DNA of 64,000 nucleotides from an uncultured delta proteobacterium (lineage in GTDB: Bacteria > Desulfobacterota > Binatia > Binatales > Binataceae), in the NCBI GenBank assembly GCA_963711565.1, contig CAVQEQ010000004.1, forward strand, positions 96,001 through 160,000. Reading direction: 5' to 3'. Within the stretch, counting starts at the first letter, position 1. The number at the start of each line of letters is the position of its first letter. Positions 9,951 to 20,027 of the stretch are shown here, in pieces. The translations under genes were made by a program, and so were the position numbers. Below the pieces are notes generated by a model. That model was not told where the DNA came from and did no database searches. It saw only the letters and a list, made by a program, of their open reading frames with translations.

Positions 9951-10209
9951 GCGACGCGCGGGGACGCGCGTCGGGCTCTCCTATCGTGGGGCGAGGCACG
10001 GAAGGAGGCGGGATTCTTCGCTTCGCTCTCTGAATGATATGAATCAAATGGCGGGCACGGCGGCCCGCCCCACTGGAGAAGAAATGCGGAGCAGAATCTT
10101 GAATCGCGCGCGCCCGTGGGCACGGGTAGCCAGTATCAAGAAAAAGATGGAAATCGCGCGCTGAATGCGGACCCTCACCTTCGATCCTCTCCCATTCTGG
10201 GAGAGGGGA
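9951..10209. repeat. Cluster of short REP-like palindromic elements
   Basis: CGACGCGCGGGGACGCGCGTCG (~9952); GATTCTTCGCTTCGCTC..TGAATGA (~10012); GGCGGGCACGGCGGCCCGCCCCAC (~10050); CCCTCACCTTCGATCCTCTCCCATTCTGGGAGAGGGGA (~10172). Confidence 0.55.
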
Positions 10210-10334
10210 AGAAGGAGCGGGATTTTTTCGGGCGGTGGGCGTTAGCTGATCCGGGTTGCATGGATTTCTGGCATCGGGCTAACATGCGTTAGGTAAATTC
10301 GGTTGAGCGTGAATTGGCGGCGAGGAGTGATAGC

Positions 10335-11441
10335 TTGAGCTTTGGCGAACTTAACTTTGATAGCGCGGACCTGCTTGCGAGCCATCCTTATCGGGAAGCG
10401 CTTGTCGTTCGTGGCGTGCGATGTCATGGCGGGTTCGACGAGAGCGGCAGCTACGTTTCGCCGCGTACCCGCAACCGGGTTCCGGCGATTCGCGCGTGGC
10501 AGAATCGCTATGCGCGCGAATTTGGGCAGCCGCTGATCGACCGGCCGATCGACGCGACTCCCGGCAACTATCCCAACGTCGCGCAGGCCAAGTATTTGAT
10601 TCGAAACAGCGTGCGCGCGCCGATGATCGAGACTCTTACGCGCATCGGAACCGTCGAAGGTTTTGGCGCGGGCATCAGGTTCGGCGCGATCGACGATATC
10701 CAGCGGCATTTTATCGAAGACTTGAGCGGGACAGCGACTGCGCATCTGGTCCGCGGACTTTACGAGGCTCACGCGCGCGACGAAGCCGGCTTCGAGGACG
10801 AGGCCGGTCACAAGCAAATGTGGTGGGCCGCGCGCGACATCGCGTTCGAGAATCCGCCGGTCGAGGATGCGACCGATCGAATCCGCGCCGCGATGGGGAT
10901 TCCGCCCGAGGCGAAGACGCCGGAGGAGCGCGTCCAGCGGATGCAGGCGATGGCGCAACTCGATCGTATCTGGCCGCGCGACGTTGATGCGATGCTCGAA
11001 GCGCAGGTGACGCGGATGGCGCGCCTGCTGCTGATCGAGATCGGCGCGTACCACGGTTTCAGGTGGGCCGAAGCGGTTCTGTCCGACGCCAGCCTGGTCC
11101 CGGGCGACGGAGACGCGGCGCGAATTATTTCATACGTTCGCACTGACGAGGCGCCCCACGTCGAATATCTCAAATGCTCGCTTAGCGAGATGCGCGAGCG
11201 CACGGTTCGCGGCGAGTCGGGCCACACCTATGCCGGGCAGGAGCTGATCACTGCGATTTGGGACCGCGCGATTGCAGGCTCCGCGATGCGGAGCGCGATG
11301 GGGCGGCAGTTCGAGCTCACGCAAATCGAGAAGGCGCTGACCGAGAATCCGCGCCGCGAAGAGATCCTCGAAGAGTTTCACGCACGCGGCGACGTGCGAC
11401 CCGGACCCGACGGCGCATGGATCGAGCAGACTCGCGAATAG
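10335..11441 (+). CDS. Uncharacterised ferritin-like (putative diiron) protein
   Basis: TTG start after GAGGAG; spaced candidate ligands 'TVEG', 'RDEAG..GH', 'LIEI', 'TDEAPH'. Confidence 0.65.
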   Translation: MSFGELNFDSADLLASHPYREALVVRGVRCHGGFDESGSYVSPRTRNRVPAIRAWQNRYAREFGQPLIDRPIDATPGNYPNVAQAKYLIRNSVRAPMIETLTRIGTVEGFGAGIRFGAIDDIQRHFIEDLSGTATAHLVRGLYEAHARDEAGFEDEAGHKQMWWAARDIAFENPPVEDATDRIRAAMGIPPEAKTPEERVQRMQAMAQLDRIWPRDVDAMLEAQVTRMARLLLIEIGAYHGFRWAEAVLSDASLVPGDGDAARIISYVRTDEAPHVEYLKCSLSEMRERTVRGESGHTYAGQELITAIWDRAIAGSAMRSAMGRQFELTQIEKALTENPRREEILEEFHARGDVRPGPDGAWIEQTRE

Positions 11442-11456
11442 CCAGGGAAGGACTCT

Positions 11457-12857
11457 ATGAGATTTGGACTTTTCTATGAGCATCAGCTTCCACGGCCGTG
11501 GGAGGAAAAGAGCGAGCTACAGCTGATCCAGGACGCGCTCGACCAGATCGAGCTGGCGGACAAGCTCGGCTTCACCAACGTGTGGGAAGTGGAGCATCAT
11601 TTTCTGGAAGAGTACGCGCACTCCAGCGCGCCCGAGGTTTTTCTGGCCGCGGCGAGCCAGCGCACCACGAAGATGCGGCTCGGGCACGGGATAGTGCTTA
11701 CCGCGCCCGGCTACAACCATCCCGCGCGCATCGCCGAGCGAATCGCGATGCTCGACCTGGTCTCGAAAGGGCGCGTCGAGTTCGGATCGGGCGAGTCGGG
11801 ATCGCTCGCGGAGCTCGGCGGCTTCAATCTTGAGCCCGCGCTGAAACGCGAGATGTGGCGCGAGGGCCTCGAGACCGCGCTCCGCTGCATGACCGAGGTC
11901 CCGTTCGGCGGCGTCGATGGCAAGTACGTCAAGATGCCGCCGCGCAACGTGGTGCCGAAGCCGGTGCAGAAACCGCATCCGCCGGTGTGGGTCGCATGCT
12001 CGCGCCGCGAGACGATCCTGCTCGCGGCAGAGTGCGGCATCGGCGCGCTGACGTTCTCATTCATCGATCCGGAAGAGGCGGTGCATTGGGTCGGCGACTA
12101 CCGCAAGACGCTCGCCGAGAAATGCGTTCCGATCGGCAGCGCGGTCAATCCCGAGATTTCGTGCGTGACGCCGATGATGTGCCATCAGAGCGAGCGCGAG
12201 GCTATTCTGCGCGGGCTCGAGGGCGGCAACTTCTTCGGCTACTCGCTCGGCCACTACTATGTCTTTGGCGATCATAAGCCGGGCGTGTCGAACGTGTGGG
12301 AGGAATTCACCAATAAGCGCGCCGAGCGCGGGTACTCGCCCGACGTCGCGATTGCGATGCGCCAGCGCCGGCTCAGCGCGCGGCTGGATAACGCCCAGGG
12401 CGATCAGCAGGGCTTGCGCGGCGCGGTCGGCACGCCGGATCAGTTGCGCGAGTACTTTCGGCGCTTCGAGAACGCCGGCGTCGATCAAATGATCTTCGTG
12501 ATGCAGGCCGGGAAGAATCGCCACGAGCACATCATGGAGTCGATCGAGCTGTTCGGCAGGGAAGTGTTGCCCGAGTTCGCGGAGCGCGACGGCGCGATTC
12601 GCGCAAAGAAGGCGAAGGAGCTCGAGCCGATAATCGAGATGGTGATGAAGCGCAAGCGCGACGACGCGCCGAAGATGCCAGCCGACTACCATATCGAGGC
12701 GCTGCCGAAGCGGCTTATCGAGCAGTATGGCGGCAAGGAGATGCTCGACAAGCTCGAGGGCGACTCGGCGATCGGGATCCCGCGGCCGCAGAATCTGCAG
12801 GAACGGCTGCAGCAAGGAATCGTCCCGCCGCGCGGGCCTAACGGCGGCGCGAAGTAG
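11457..12857 (+). CDS. LLM class (luciferase-like) flavin-dependent monooxygenase
   Basis: 'MRFGLFYE', 'WEVEHHFLEEY', 'HPARIAERIAMLDLVSKGRVEFG', 'PKPVQKPHPP'. Confidence 0.93.
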   Translation: MRFGLFYEHQLPRPWEEKSELQLIQDALDQIELADKLGFTNVWEVEHHFLEEYAHSSAPEVFLAAASQRTTKMRLGHGIVLTAPGYNHPARIAERIAMLDLVSKGRVEFGSGESGSLAELGGFNLEPALKREMWREGLETALRCMTEVPFGGVDGKYVKMPPRNVVPKPVQKPHPPVWVACSRRETILLAAECGIGALTFSFIDPEEAVHWVGDYRKTLAEKCVPIGSAVNPEISCVTPMMCHQSEREAILRGLEGGNFFGYSLGHYYVFGDHKPGVSNVWEEFTNKRAERGYSPDVAIAMRQRRLSARLDNAQGDQQGLRGAVGTPDQLREYFRRFENAGVDQMIFVMQAGKNRHEHIMESIELFGREVLPEFAERDGAIRAKKAKELEPIIEMVMKRKRDDAPKMPADYHIEALPKRLIEQYGGKEMLDKLEGDSAIGIPRPQNLQERLQQGIVPPRGPNGGAK

Positions 12858-13228
12858 CAGAAGTTCTGAGTCACGACGGCCCTGGGTTCATGCGAGCTCA
12901 GAGCCGTTTTGCGTGCAGCAAGTGTAGGTGAGACCGAGGTGAGTCCACTTACTATGTGCAACACGCAAAGTCAGCCGGGGTAGGGCTGAGTAGTTCATAA
13001 CTGATGAGTTATACAAACTCGGTGGAAGCCGTGCGCATCAGGATGGCCCAGTCGACCCTCTGATGCTCGCATTCGCTCAGGGGAGATCCCGACAGCACAT
13101 TTCGGTGTCTAAATTCCAGTTGGTTCTTGCAAGTTGGTTCCTCAAGGAGCGCGGTTCGACTGAACTGCGGTATGCGCCGATGTGTTCAGGTTCGGATGAG
13201 AGTACAAAATCAGTCAGGAGACTCAATA

Positions 13229-13564
13229 ATGAAATACAAAGTTAATTCCGTCTTGGCGATTTCTGTTGGGATTGCGATGACGTGCATGATCGCCTGTGCG
13301 CCTACCACTCATGTCACTGAGACCACGACCACCAGGCAATACGATACTACGACTCCGCCGATTTTGCCTGCGCCGATCGCGGATGCAAATACGACGACGA
13401 CCACTCAGTACAACAACGGGACCGTGCAGCGCACCTATACGCAGCCGGCTCCTTACGTGTCTCCATACTCGTCCGCCGATACGAGCACGACCACGGTAAC
13501 GACCGATCCAAACGACGGAACAGTGCAGAAGCAGACGACAACCACGTATGCGTCGCCGTACTAG
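13229..13564 (+). CDS. Small Thr-rich lipoprotein
   Basis: AGGAG RBS; lipobox-like MIA-C; two TTTT...GTVQ repeats. Confidence 0.7.
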   Translation: MKYKVNSVLAISVGIAMTCMIACAPTTHVTETTTTRQYDTTTPPILPAPIADANTTTTTQYNNGTVQRTYTQPAPYVSPYSSADTSTTTVTTDPNDGTVQKQTTTTYASPY

Positions 13565-13653
13565 CATCGGTATAAGAGGATCAATGCAACGGCTTTAGAA
13601 TGATCATTCTTCCACCAGCCGAGCGGCGTTCGCCGTAAGGTGATGGGTGAAAC

Positions 13654-13703
13654 GGCGGGCATCCTGGAGACTCCCCCCTCCTTCGGTGCCCGCCAACTTT
13701 TTT
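13654..13703 (+). terminator. Intrinsic terminator
   Basis: GGCGGGCA...TGCCCGCC stem followed by a T-run, between convergent genes. Confidence 0.6.
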
Positions 13704-13723
13704 AGCGCGCCTGCGGAGTGAAC

Positions 13724-15535
13724 TCACGACCGGAGAGCTACCGCGGGAAAGTATATTCCTTCAGGCTGCCGCACCCACCACGCGCCGGTGGCTTTTTTTT
13801 CTTCGGCAGTTGAATAGCGATAGTCGTAAAGCACGGCCCGCACGTAGAGCGGCGGCTTCTTTGGAAAAGGATTGCTTCCGAGCAGCGCAGTCACGTCCGG
13901 CGAATTTTCCAGCAATCGGCGCAAGAACGTCGCGAACCAGGGATTATCCGCGGCCGTCCCGAGAGCGGCAAACCACATCTGCCAGTCGAGGCGCGGCTGG
14001 TGCGGAAAGTTCCATAGCGGTCGCCGCATAGCGTCGCCCGGTTTGTATTTGAAGCCGTACTCGCGCCAGTGGACGCCATCATCCGAGCCCTCGACGACAA
14101 TTACCGGCAGCGTGGTAGTCATCACGGCAAACAGACCATAGCTATTGACGATACGCAGCGGCGCAATTTCTTCGTTGAGCCAGGCTGCGGGAATCGAGGC
14201 TCGACGGATAAACACCTCCTGTAGCTGTCCAAGACCGGTGACCACGATCACAAGAGCTAGCGCTCCTACCGCATAAGAAACGATTTTCGCCGGCTCAACA
14301 GGGCGGACCTGGTGTTGCGCAAGTCGGATCAGGCTTGGCGGAAGAACCTTGCGCAGGGCGGCGTCGTCGAACAATACGAGGCATAGGGCCATCGTCAGCA
14401 GATTGAAGAACGCGTAGTTGCCGGTCATAAGGATCACCACTTGCAGAAACAAAATTCCGTAAGCCGCGACGAACCTCAACCGCCGCGGAAAGAAAATCAA
14501 AAATGGCAGGGCCAGTTCAATGAATAGGGTCGCTACGGTTGACGCCGTCAGTATGGCCTGCGGCAGGTGATGGGCGTACCAGGCAAGCGGGGTAGGAAGG
14601 GGCTCGGTCTGGAAATAGTAAGAGAGCGCGGAAAGGTTCGCCCAGGTGGCATCGCCACTCAGCAGCTTGACGGCACCTGAAAGAAACATGAAGCGAAACA
14701 GCAACCAACGCAGCAGCCATATACCCGGCCTCGTCGTTATGCTCAGAAGGAACGCAAGGAAGCCGGCCTCGAGCAAAAGGAGGTCCCACTGAAAGCCCAT
14801 GAACTCCTGACCGGCGTAAAAGACCGAGAGATAAAGGACGTACAGAAAAAACAGACTTAGGCGGGGCAGAAGGTCAAAAATCAGGAGCAGCGACAGCGCC
14901 GCTCCGAGCCAACACGTCGCCTGAATCGCGAAATCACTCTGGCTCAGCCAGAACACCATCGGAAACTGCGAGTAACCTTGGGAGCCGAGCTGGCTGCGAA
15001 TGGCGCCGATGAATTCGGACAGCGGCAGGATGCCGTGGCTGCCGATCAATCCCAGCGCCTGCACGCCGAATGAAAGAAAGGCAATGAGATAGATCAGTCC
15101 TATGGCTCGCAGAAACAGCCATGAAACCAGATCGAAACGCGGGGGCTCATAATCGCGGCCCCATAGCCAGATAGTCGGACGATAAAGCGCGGAACGATGC
15201 GAAGCGACAAACGCGTAAGTATGCTCGGCGATTGCGGCAAAGCCGGGAAGACGCCGATAAAGTGTCAGCCAGAAGCCTTTGCCGTTCGCGTGACTCAGGA
15301 CAAGGAGAGCGGCTTCGGCGCCGCTCGCGATTTTCCCATCGGGCGCTATGTATTGAACGGCTCGCTGGAATGCGGTCAAAGGAATTTCCGGATATTGTGC
15401 GGCGACTTCCTGGTACGGCGCGTAAGTCACACGATCGCCGGTGAGTCTTTGCCAATAGCGCAACCAGTAGATGCAGAACCCGCAATTGCCGTCGTAGATC
15501 AGAAGCGGTTGGACCGCGCTCGTTGTTCGCATCAC
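13724..15535 (-). CDS. DCC1-like thiol-disulfide oxidoreductase (DUF393) fused to an LMF1 domain
   Basis: N-terminal 'LIYDGNCGFC'; LMF motifs 'FQWDLLLLEAGFL', 'NSYGLFAVMT', 'PHQPRLDWQMWFAAL'. Confidence 0.9.
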   Translation of the reverse strand: MMRTTSAVQPLLIYDGNCGFCIYWLRYWQRLTGDRVTYAPYQEVAAQYPEIPLTAFQRAVQYIAPDGKIASGAEAALLVLSHANGKGFWLTLYRRLPGFAAIAEHTYAFVASHRSALYRPTIWLWGRDYEPPRFDLVSWLFLRAIGLIYLIAFLSFGVQALGLIGSHGILPLSEFIGAIRSQLGSQGYSQFPMVFWLSQSDFAIQATCWLGAALSLLLIFDLLPRLSLFFLYVLYLSVFYAGQEFMGFQWDLLLLEAGFLAFLLSITTRPGIWLLRWLLFRFMFLSGAVKLLSGDATWANLSALSYYFQTEPLPTPLAWYAHHLPQAILTASTVATLFIELALPFLIFFPRRLRFVAAYGILFLQVVILMTGNYAFFNLLTMALCLVLFDDAALRKVLPPSLIRLAQHQVRPVEPAKIVSYAVGALALVIVVTGLGQLQEVFIRRASIPAAWLNEEIAPLRIVNSYGLFAVMTTTLPVIVVEGSDDGVHWREYGFKYKPGDAMRRPLWNFPHQPRLDWQMWFAALGTAADNPWFATFLRRLLENSPDVTALLGSNPFPKKPPLYVRAVLYDYRYSTAEEKKATGAWWVRQPEGIYFPAVALRS

Positions 15536-15683
15536 GCAAGATTATGCCCGAAGAGCAAAAGAAGAAAAGATTGACTGCGCCGCGCCTGCGAGTTCGCAGC
15601 GAACGGCCGGCTTCTCGACGGAGCTAGAATGTCTGAGCAGCGTGCGGCTGGCAGAGTTTTCAGGATTGACTACGCTCGACTCT

Positions 15684-16706
15684 TCAGGCGATTCCGTAGA
15701 GCCTGCGCTTGCGCCAGAGAGTCGTCACGTTGATACCGAGGGTGGCGGCCGCCTCGCCAAGGGTAGGGCAATCCGCGAGCGCGCGCAGGATTTGTTCACG
15801 CTCGAAGTCTTTCAGCCTGGTTCCACGCGGCGCAGGAGCGGACATTGCCGCCGTGCGATGGATGACGGAATCCGGCAGGTCGTCAAGAGTGATTGTTTCG
15901 GTGCGAGCGAGGTCGGCGGCGCGCTTCAGGGCATTGTGAAGCTCGCGGAGGTTTCCGGGCCATCGATAACTGATCAGAGCCGCGGCAGCGTCCGGCGACA
16001 GACGGAAATCAGGACGTGCGGTGGCGAGCGACATTCGCTTCAACATCCAATCCGCCAAAGGAAGGATATCCTGAGTTCGTTCGCGCAGGGGCGGCAGCGT
16101 GAACGTAATCACGTTCAGGCGATAGTAGAGATCCTCGCGAAAGCGTCCGGCCGCGATTTCGGCTCCCAGATTCCGATTGGACGCGACGATGACGCGAACA
16201 TCAACTCTGAGCGTGCGATTGCTGCCAATTCGCTCGAGGCAGCGGTCTTGAACGAAACGAAGAAGCTTGATTTGCAATGAGGTTGGCAGCTCGGCGATTT
16301 CGTCGAATAGTACTGTGCCGCCGTTGCCGGCTTCGAGACGGCCGGGCTTGTCGTTGATGGCGCCGGTGAAACTTCCGCGAACGTGACCGAACAGCTCGTC
16401 TTCCAGCAGGTGCTCGGCCAGTGTCGTGCAGTTAATCACGATGAATGGTCCACGGCGTCGCGGACTCCATCGATGAATCTGGCGCGCAAGTAGGTCCTTG
16501 CCGGTCCCGCTCTCACCGGTGAGGAGAATTGTTGAGTCGCCGGCCGCAGCGCGTTCGACCATATCAAGCAGCGCGGTCATCCCGGGACTGCGGGATTCGA
16601 GCAGTATGTCTTCCTCGATGGGTCCCTGCGGCGCCGGATTGTTAGCGCGAAACTCAAGCGCCGGGATTCCGTATGTTCTTTGAACGTCCATGGCTCTATG
16701 ATTCAT
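15684..16706 (-). CDS. Sigma54-dependent Fis-family activator without a receiver domain
   Basis: Walker A GESGTGKD; GSFTGA (GAFTGA variant); FDEI; FREDLYYRL; WPGNLREL; C-terminal HTH; only about 35 aa precede the AAA+ domain. Confidence 0.9.
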   Translation of the reverse strand: MNHRAMDVQRTYGIPALEFRANNPAPQGPIEEDILLESRSPGMTALLDMVERAAAGDSTILLTGESGTGKDLLARQIHRWSPRRRGPFIVINCTTLAEHLLEDELFGHVRGSFTGAINDKPGRLEAGNGGTVLFDEIAELPTSLQIKLLRFVQDRCLERIGSNRTLRVDVRVIVASNRNLGAEIAAGRFREDLYYRLNVITFTLPPLRERTQDILPLADWMLKRMSLATARPDFRLSPDAAAALISYRWPGNLRELHNALKRAADLARTETITLDDLPDSVIHRTAAMSAPAPRGTRLKDFEREQILRALADCPTLGEAAATLGINVTTLWRKRRLYGIA

Positions 16707-16755
16707 CCCGAAATACGACCTCGACCTGCGCTAACCCGCACTCGCCCGGAAGTGA

Positions 16756-17775
16756 CTACGCCGGCGGCGCGCCGTAGCGCTTGTTCAACTCGAGGTTCAC
16801 CTGCAACACATCGACCATCTTCTCGCCAACGAGACCGTCCAGCGGGGCGAACGCGTCTGTCTGCAGGATTTGATCGATCTCGGTGCGCACCTGGGCCGGA
16901 TCGCGCTTGGTATCGGTCGCCCATTTTGAAGCTACGCGATCGAGTTGGTATTCGGCGTTCTGCAGCGTGATGTCCGGATCGAGCCCGGAGGCGGAAGCGG
17001 TAACCATGTCTCCCGGCACGTCCTGTAGGTCTGCATCGGCGTGATCCTGCCGCCACACGTCAAAGAAGTTGGATTGGATGTCCGAGCCGGTCGCGACCGG
17101 CTGGATGGTGGTCTGGCTCTTTCCACCGGGCAACTGCGTCGTAACCGCTGACGGAAACTTGCCGGGATACTGCTTGGAAAAGTTTTCGAAGAAGAGCATG
17201 GCCAGGTCCGAAGGTTGCGGCGACGGCGTGCCAGGGTTCTGCTTGATCCAATCGGCTACTTCAGCCTTATGGTCCTTGGCCCAAGCGGTGATGTATGCGG
17301 CGTGCGACGGATCGGCACTTACCCATCCTTGCGCCGCTGCGTTGTGAGCATCGGCCCACTGGGCGACGATTTGTGGTTGTCCGCCGAAGTTGTCCTGCTG
17401 GAACCACGCTTCGATATCGGGCGCCACCAATTGACCCGCCTTTGCTCCACTCTTGTACTTGACGATAGGACCCAGTTGCTGCACTACGCGATAGCGCAAC
17501 ATATAGTTTGACGCTGCCAAGGCGGACGAGGCGGACGCAGAACCGTCATAGGATGCAGCCGAAGGTCGCGGCCAGAAGTACTCATCCTTGGTGAACGGTT
17601 GAGCGATCAGGAGAGACCCGACCGGCTTGCCATCAGGGCCATTGACGATGCTGCCATTGGCGGTGAAGGGGAAGAACGTTTGCCCGATTGCCCATACTGC
17701 GAGCGGATAGATCAAGCAGCAGATGACGACGGTAGAGCCCAGCAGCCAGAGACTTTTGACAATGTTGGTTTTCAT
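16756..17775 (-). CDS. kdpC: K+-transporting ATPase subunit C with a large insertion
   Basis: 'ANGSIV..GSLLIAQPFTKDEYFWPRPSA', 'VTASASGLDPDI', 'VDVLQVNLEL'. Confidence 0.92.
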   Translation of the reverse strand: MKTNIVKSLWLLGSTVVICCLIYPLAVWAIGQTFFPFTANGSIVNGPDGKPVGSLLIAQPFTKDEYFWPRPSAASYDGSASASSALAASNYMLRYRVVQQLGPIVKYKSGAKAGQLVAPDIEAWFQQDNFGGQPQIVAQWADAHNAAAQGWVSADPSHAAYITAWAKDHKAEVADWIKQNPGTPSPQPSDLAMLFFENFSKQYPGKFPSAVTTQLPGGKSQTTIQPVATGSDIQSNFFDVWRQDHADADLQDVPGDMVTASASGLDPDITLQNAEYQLDRVASKWATDTKRDPAQVRTEIDQILQTDAFAPLDGLVGEKMVDVLQVNLELNKRYGAPPA

Positions 17776-17800
17776 CGTAGTTACCTTCGACCCGCCTTGT

Positions 17801-19958
17801 TCAGGCAACCAGGTGCATAGCACTCAGGATGACATCGATAAGCTTGATACCTGCAAACGGCAGGATTACACCGCCTAGTCCCCATACGAGAAGGTTTCGC
17901 CGAAGGAGGGCGTCGGCACCCAGCGGCCGATACTTAACTCCTTTCAAGGCGACTGGAATCAGCGCCGGAATAATGATCGCATTGAAGATAACTGCCGACA
18001 GGATCGCGGAGGTCGGGGAGTGAAGATGCATCACGTCCATTGCGGCGAGCCATGGCAGTGTGCCGGCGAACAGCGCCGGCACGATCGCGAAATACTTGGC
18101 AACGTCGTTGGCGACTGAGAAGGTGGTCAGCGCACCACGGGTCATGAGGAGCTGTTTGCCGACCTCGACCACTTCAATGAGCTTGGTCGGGTCGGAGTCA
18201 AGGTCAACCATGTTGCCGGCTTCCTTGGCGGCCTGGGTGCCGGAGTTCATCGCGAGGCCTACATCGGCCTGTGCCAGCGCGGGCGCGTCGTTAGTTCCAT
18301 CGCCCATCATGGCAACCAGCTTGCCGTCAGCTTGTTCCTTGCGGATGTATGCGAGCTTCGATTCCGGCGTGGCCTGCGCGACAAAGTCATCCACGCCGGC
18401 CTGCTTTGCGATGGTGGCGGCGGTAAGAGGATTGTCACCGGTGATCATTACCGTGCGCAGACCCATACTGCGCAGCCGCTCGAAACGCTCGTTCATCCCG
18501 GGTTTCAGGATGTCCTCAAGCGCGACGACGCCGGCGATTTTGGAATTTTCGGCCACTACCAGGGGCGTTGCGCCTTTCGAGGCGATCGCGTTGAACGATC
18601 TGTTCCAAGCCAGCGGGCACCACGCCGTTTTTCTTCCGGACGAAGGCTATAACCGCGTCGGCCGCACCTTTGCGAATGCTGCCGCCATCCGGGAGATCAA
18701 CACCGCTCATTCGAGTCTGCGCGCTAAAGGCGATGAACTGCGCGCCGGTCGGCGTTTGCAATTCTCTCGCGCCGACTCCGGCCTCTTGCGCCGCGACGAC
18801 GATGCTTTTGCCCTCCGGAGTTTCATCAGCCGCCGAAGCGAGCGCCGCCAACTGCGCCAATCTCTGTTTGGTATAGCCGGAAACCGGCTCGAAGTTTTTA
18901 GCCTGACGATTGCCGACGGTGATCGTGCCGGTCTTATCCAGCAGCACTACGTCGATGTCGCCGGCCGTCTCTACCGCCTTGCCGCTCTTGGCGATGATGT
19001 TGGCCTGGAGTGCGCGATCCATCCCGGCGATTCCGATCGCGGCCAGAAGAGCACCTATAGTTGTAGGTATAAGACAGACAAGAAGGCCTACAAGAGTTGG
19101 AACGTCGGTACCAAGACTCTTAAGCGGCTCGGTAGTGCCCAGATAACCCATCATGTACTGTTCCGCATTCCACGCCATCGGCCAGATCGGAATAACGACA
19201 ATCAGAAACGCAAGAGTAAGTGCGGACAGCACCAGCGTCAGCGCGATTTCATTCGGCGTCTTCTGGCGAACGGCGCCCTCGACGAGAGAGATCATGCGAT
19301 CCATGAAGGTCTCGCCTGGCTGCGCGGTGATCTTCACGATAATTCGATCGGAGATAACCCGGGTCCCGCCGGTAACCCCGGAGCGATCGCCGCCGGCCTC
19401 GCGGATAACCGGAGCTGACTCGCCAGTGATCGCGGCTTCATCCACCGACGCGATGCCCGAGATTACCTCACCGTCACTTGGAATCACCTGACCCGCGGCG
19501 ACCACGACGCGGTCGCCGGGTCTCAGATCGGTTGATGGAATTTCTTCTACGACATCGCCGACTTTGAGGCGGTAGGCCGGCGTCTCGGTGCGCGTCTTGC
19601 GCAGCGAATCGGCCTGGGCCTTGCCGCGCGCCTCAGCAAGCGCGGTCGCGAAATTCGCAAACAGCACGGTCAACCAGAGCCAGAAATCCAGGGCGATGAA
19701 ATAAGTGATCGGGACCTGGCTCGCGGAGGTACTCACCAGCGCCTGCGCAATGAAGAGCAGGGTAAGGACCGCGCCGATCTCGACCACGAACATGACCGGG
19801 TTGCTCCACTGAATATCCGGGCGAAGCATCACGAAGGACTGCTTCAGGGCGTCGCGCACGAGCTCGGGTTCGAAAAGCTTTCGGCTTCTGATCCGCCTTT
19901 GCGGCCGCGGATGTTGAGGTTCCTGAATACTCCGTATCGGTGTTGCGACTGCTCCCAT
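17801..19958 (-). pseudogene. kdpB: K+-transporting ATPase subunit B split by a +1 frameshift at about 18594 (may be a sequencing error)
   Basis: TGES, DKTGT and KGA in the 5' ORF; TGDN and GDGTND in the 3' ORF; removing one base restores [19 protein letters not shown]. Confidence 0.9.
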
Positions 19959-20027
19959 TTTAGGTCCTCCGACTAAGTCACTCGTCTGCGATAAATATCC
20001 TCGACAGTGCGACAGCTGGCTCCAGTC

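Noticed and set aside
12996-13025. CTGATGAG resembling a hammerhead ribozyme core
   Set aside because: No GAAA after a stem II; better read as a dyad ATAACT-N4-AGTTAT, a possible operator that I cannot support further
18060-19418. 452-aa plus-strand ORF
   Set aside because: Antisense to kdpB; no independent coding signal
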